The position numbers were made by a program, and so were the translations under genes. Shown one piece after another: positions 48,490 to 50,989 of a DNA stretch of 50,989 bases. Below the pieces are notes generated by a model. The model was not told where the DNA came from. It searched no databases and saw only the letters and a list, made by a program, of their open reading frames with translations. The first letter of the stretch is position 1. Each line of letters begins with the position of its first letter. The DNA lies in sequence record SRR20825006_1036; one strand, given 5' to 3'.

Positions 48490-50101
48490 ATTCTTGCAGC
48501 ATTGCCTCCAGAGTCTCCAAACGGTCCGCCTCGTTTGCGGGCTTGTCCCAGCGGATGCGGTTGATGCGCGGAAAACGCATTGCGATGCCGGATTTGTGAC
48601 GGGCCGAGCGCTGCAGGCCTTCAAAGGCCACTTCCAGAACAAGTGATGGCGTCACGGAGCGCACAGGTCCGAAACGCTCGACCGTGTTGTCACGGACGAA
48701 TTTGTCGAGCTGTTTCAGCTCCTCGTCGGTAAAACCGAAATAGGCCTTGCCAACGGGCGTCAGCCGATCCTCGCCGTCTTCATCGCGCCAGACGGCGAAG
48801 GTGAAATCGGAATAGAAACTGGAGCGGCGGCCGTGGCCGCGTTGCGCATACAGCAAGACCGCATCGACGAGCCAGGGGTCTCGCTTCCATTTATACCAAT
48901 GCCCCTTGACGCGGCCGGGCACATAGGGGCTGTCCCAGCGTTTCAGCATCAGGCCTTCGATCTCCGGGGCAGGGGGCTCCATGCGGTGCGCGTCCAGCGC
49001 CGTCAGGTCGGTAACGGGCACGAGCGGCGACAGGTCAAAGCGTGGGCTGGCCGTTTTCGCGATGAAATCTTCCAGGCGTTCCCGGCGTTCGCGAAAGCTC
49101 AGGGGGCGGATATCTTCGTCTCCAGCCTGCAGCAGGTCATAGGCGCGGATGAAGGCCGGGCGCGCATCCATCTGCTTTTTCGAGACGGTCTTGCGGTTCA
49201 GTCTCTGCTGCAACTCATTGAACGGCGCGACGCTATGCCCATCCTCCCCGCGCACCAGCAATTCGCCATCCAGCGTGCCTTCAAAACTCATTGCGGCCAG
49301 CACATCCGGAAAAGTATGGGAGATGTCGTCTCCCGTGCGGGTATAGATCCGCCGCACGCCGCCTTCGCTGCTGGCCTGCACACGGATGCCGTCATATTTC
49401 CATTCGGCGGCAAAGGCGTCGGCTGTGATCAGGGCCGGGTCCACCGCATCGGGATTATCGCGCTCGGCTTTCGGCACCAACGGATGCGCCAGCATGACCG
49501 GTCGGAAGGGCGCCTTGATGTCCGGCTCGGGGCGGCCGGTCTTGCCTTCGAGCCAGGCGAACAGGCTCTCATAGGGCGGGGCGAGGCCGTGCCAGATCTC
49601 CTCGATCTCGGTCACGTCCACGCTGCCGAAATCCGCGAGCGCCAGTTTGGCAAGCCGGGCGGAGACGCCGATGCGCAGGCCGCCCGTGATCAGTTTGAGC
49701 AGCGCCCAGCGGCCGGTCGGGTCCAGCCCGTCGAGCCAGTTGGCGACCAGTCTCTGCGCCTCGGGCCGTGTCACGCCGTCCAGCGCTTCGACAATCTCGG
49801 CCAGCGGCGGCGGGCGGTTCGCGCGCCGCTCGCCCGGCCAGACGAGGCTGACGGTTTCGGCCATGTCGCCGACATAGTCATAGGACAGGCGGAACAGTTC
49901 GGGGTCCATCCGGTCGGTGACCAGTTCGCGGATCGCGGCGGGCTTGATGCTCTTCAGGTCGAGGTCGCCGGTCAGCGCGCCGAGGGCATAGCCGCGGTCG
50001 GGGTCTGGCGCGCTGCGAAAATAGGATACGATCAGGCGTAGCTTGCCGTTACGCGAAGGCGTTAGGATTAGTCGGTCAAGAAGCTCTGCGAAGGCCTGCA
50101 T
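48488..50101 (-). CDS. ATP-dependent DNA ligase (ligase-associated damage response type)
   Basis: EWKYDGIR, LDGEL, EGLMLKR, KWKRDP, RFPRI. Confidence 0.94.
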   Translation of the reverse strand: MQAFAELLDRLILTPSRNGKLRLIVSYFRSAPDPDRGYALGALTGDLDLKSIKPAAIRELVTDRMDPELFRLSYDYVGDMAETVSLVWPGERRANRPPPLAEIVEALDGVTRPEAQRLVANWLDGLDPTGRWALLKLITGGLRIGVSARLAKLALADFGSVDVTEIEEIWHGLAPPYESLFAWLEGKTGRPEPDIKAPFRPVMLAHPLVPKAERDNPDAVDPALITADAFAAEWKYDGIRVQASSEGGVRRIYTRTGDDISHTFPDVLAAMSFEGTLDGELLVRGEDGHSVAPFNELQQRLNRKTVSKKQMDARPAFIRAYDLLQAGDEDIRPLSFRERRERLEDFIAKTASPRFDLSPLVPVTDLTALDAHRMEPPAPEIEGLMLKRWDSPYVPGRVKGHWYKWKRDPWLVDAVLLYAQRGHGRRSSFYSDFTFAVWRDEDGEDRLTPVGKAYFGFTDEELKQLDKFVRDNTVERFGPVRSVTPSLVLEVAFEGLQRSARHKSGIAMRFPRINRIRWDKPANEADRLETLEAMLQE

Positions 50102-50151
50102 GCGCCTAAGATAGAGCCGCCGCGCCAAGAATCCATCTAGGGGAGTCCTCC

Positions 50152-50766
50152 ATGAGCCTGAAACTGCACCACCTCAACGCCTCGCGCTCGCAGCGCATTG
50201 TCTGGCTGCTGCTCGAACTCGGCGTGCCGCACGAGATTGTCCACCATAGCCGCGACCCGGAAACTCGGCTGGCCCCGGCGGCGCTGCTCGCCATTCACCC
50301 GATGGGCAAGTCGCCCCTGCTGGAAGATGGCGACACGGTGATCGCGGAGACCGGCGCGATTGCCGAATATTTGCTGGCCAGACACGACCCGGACCACACG
50401 CTACACCCGCGCGCGGACTCGGCTGATTTCCCGCGCTACCTGGAATGGGTCCATGCCGCCGAGGGCGCGATCTTCCTGCCGGGCCTGTTCCGCTTCTACC
50501 TGATGAATGCGGGCCTGCTGGACACGCCGCTGGCCGCCTCCATGGAGGCCGAACAGGCCAAGGCGATGAAGACGATCGAGGGGCACCTGGCCAAACATGC
50601 CTATTTCGCCGGCGACAGCTTCACCGCCGCCGATTGCCTGATGGCGTTCCAGGTCCAGTCCGCCGCGGCCATGGGCGCGCTGAAAGCCTTGCCCGCGACC
50701 AGGGCCTGGCTGGAAAAAGTGCAGGCGCGCCCGGCCTACAAGGCGATGCTGGACGTGGGGGTCTAG
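50152..50766 (+). CDS. Glutathione S-transferase family protein
   Basis: SRSQRIVWLLLEL, HPMGKSP, ETGAI, FTAAD, RPAY. Confidence 0.93.
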   Translation: MSLKLHHLNASRSQRIVWLLLELGVPHEIVHHSRDPETRLAPAALLAIHPMGKSPLLEDGDTVIAETGAIAEYLLARHDPDHTLHPRADSADFPRYLEWVHAAEGAIFLPGLFRFYLMNAGLLDTPLAASMEAEQAKAMKTIEGHLAKHAYFAGDSFTAADCLMAFQVQSAAAMGALKALPATRAWLEKVQARPAYKAMLDVGV

Positions 50767-50845
50767 GGACCCACGGCCGACATGTCCGCCGCTCCGGTGG
50801 AGGCTGGGGGTTCTTGCCGTTAGACCGCGGAGCCCCGCGCCTGTG

Positions 50846-50916
50846 CTTCGACTTCGCTCAGCATGAGCGCGTCAGGATTTCCGCACAAAGCCAACTCATC
50901 CTGAGCGAAGTCGAAG
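50846..50916. repeat. REP-like long palindromic element
   Basis: Arms CTTCGACTTCGCTCAGCATGAG (50846-50867) and CTCATCCTGAGCGAAGTCGAAG (50895-50916) match as an inverted repeat at 21/22 positions. Confidence 0.8.
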
Positions 50917-50939
50917 GATGATGGGGGCGGGGGCAGCAG

Positions 50940-50989
50940 TCAAAGCCGGACTGGCGCGAGCCATCCGGGTATCTCGTAGCCGGCCCCTC
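50940..50989 (-). CDS. Probable 3' end of a gene entering from the right edge
   Basis: Minus frame reads ...GAGYEIPGWLAPVRL-TGA; too short to assign a function. Confidence 0.35.
   Translation of the reverse strand, partial: GAGYEIPGWLAPVRL

Noticed and set aside
48833..50041. 402-aa plus-strand ORF
   Set aside because: Antisense shadow of the GC-rich ligase gene; no recognisable motifs
1..50989. Prophage, IS, integron, defence island, tRNA or rRNA genes
   Set aside because: No integrase, transposase, phage or defence motifs in the ORFs; intergenic gaps are short and show no tRNA cloverleaf

Overview
Gene-dense chromosomal window from an alphaproteobacterium; gene content and style suggest Hyphomonas/Caulobacterales (inference). 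It holds about 47 intact protein genes. In order: class I lysS (5' truncated by the window edge), fused indolepyruvate:ferredoxin oxidoreductase with a divergent Lrp regulator, thiolase, glutathione peroxidase, dodecin, PilZ protein, M13 peptidase, a tripartite RND pump, PhoR-like kinase, murI, ornithine decarboxylase, pstS, an Agt-like GT4, putA, a lipid/redox enzyme cluster (two PaaI, FMO, TetR, esterase, two MDR, SDR), coaA, two MscS, an HU with a histone-H1-like tail, ATP-dependent ligase and GST. I saw no rRNA, tRNA, CRISPR, transposase, integrase or phage genes. Best leads: a PhaR-type box in front of an uncharacterised 99-aa helical ORF (candidate new phasin-like protein); a structured, RBS-occluding 5' leader on the ornithine decarboxylase; a structured intergenic RNA candidate before an orphan gene; a canonical EF-hand loop inserted in the M13 peptidase; a GT-C-like membrane protein; and an apparent codon-usage shift between the window edges and its interior. 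Product calls come from recognised motifs only; no database search was run.
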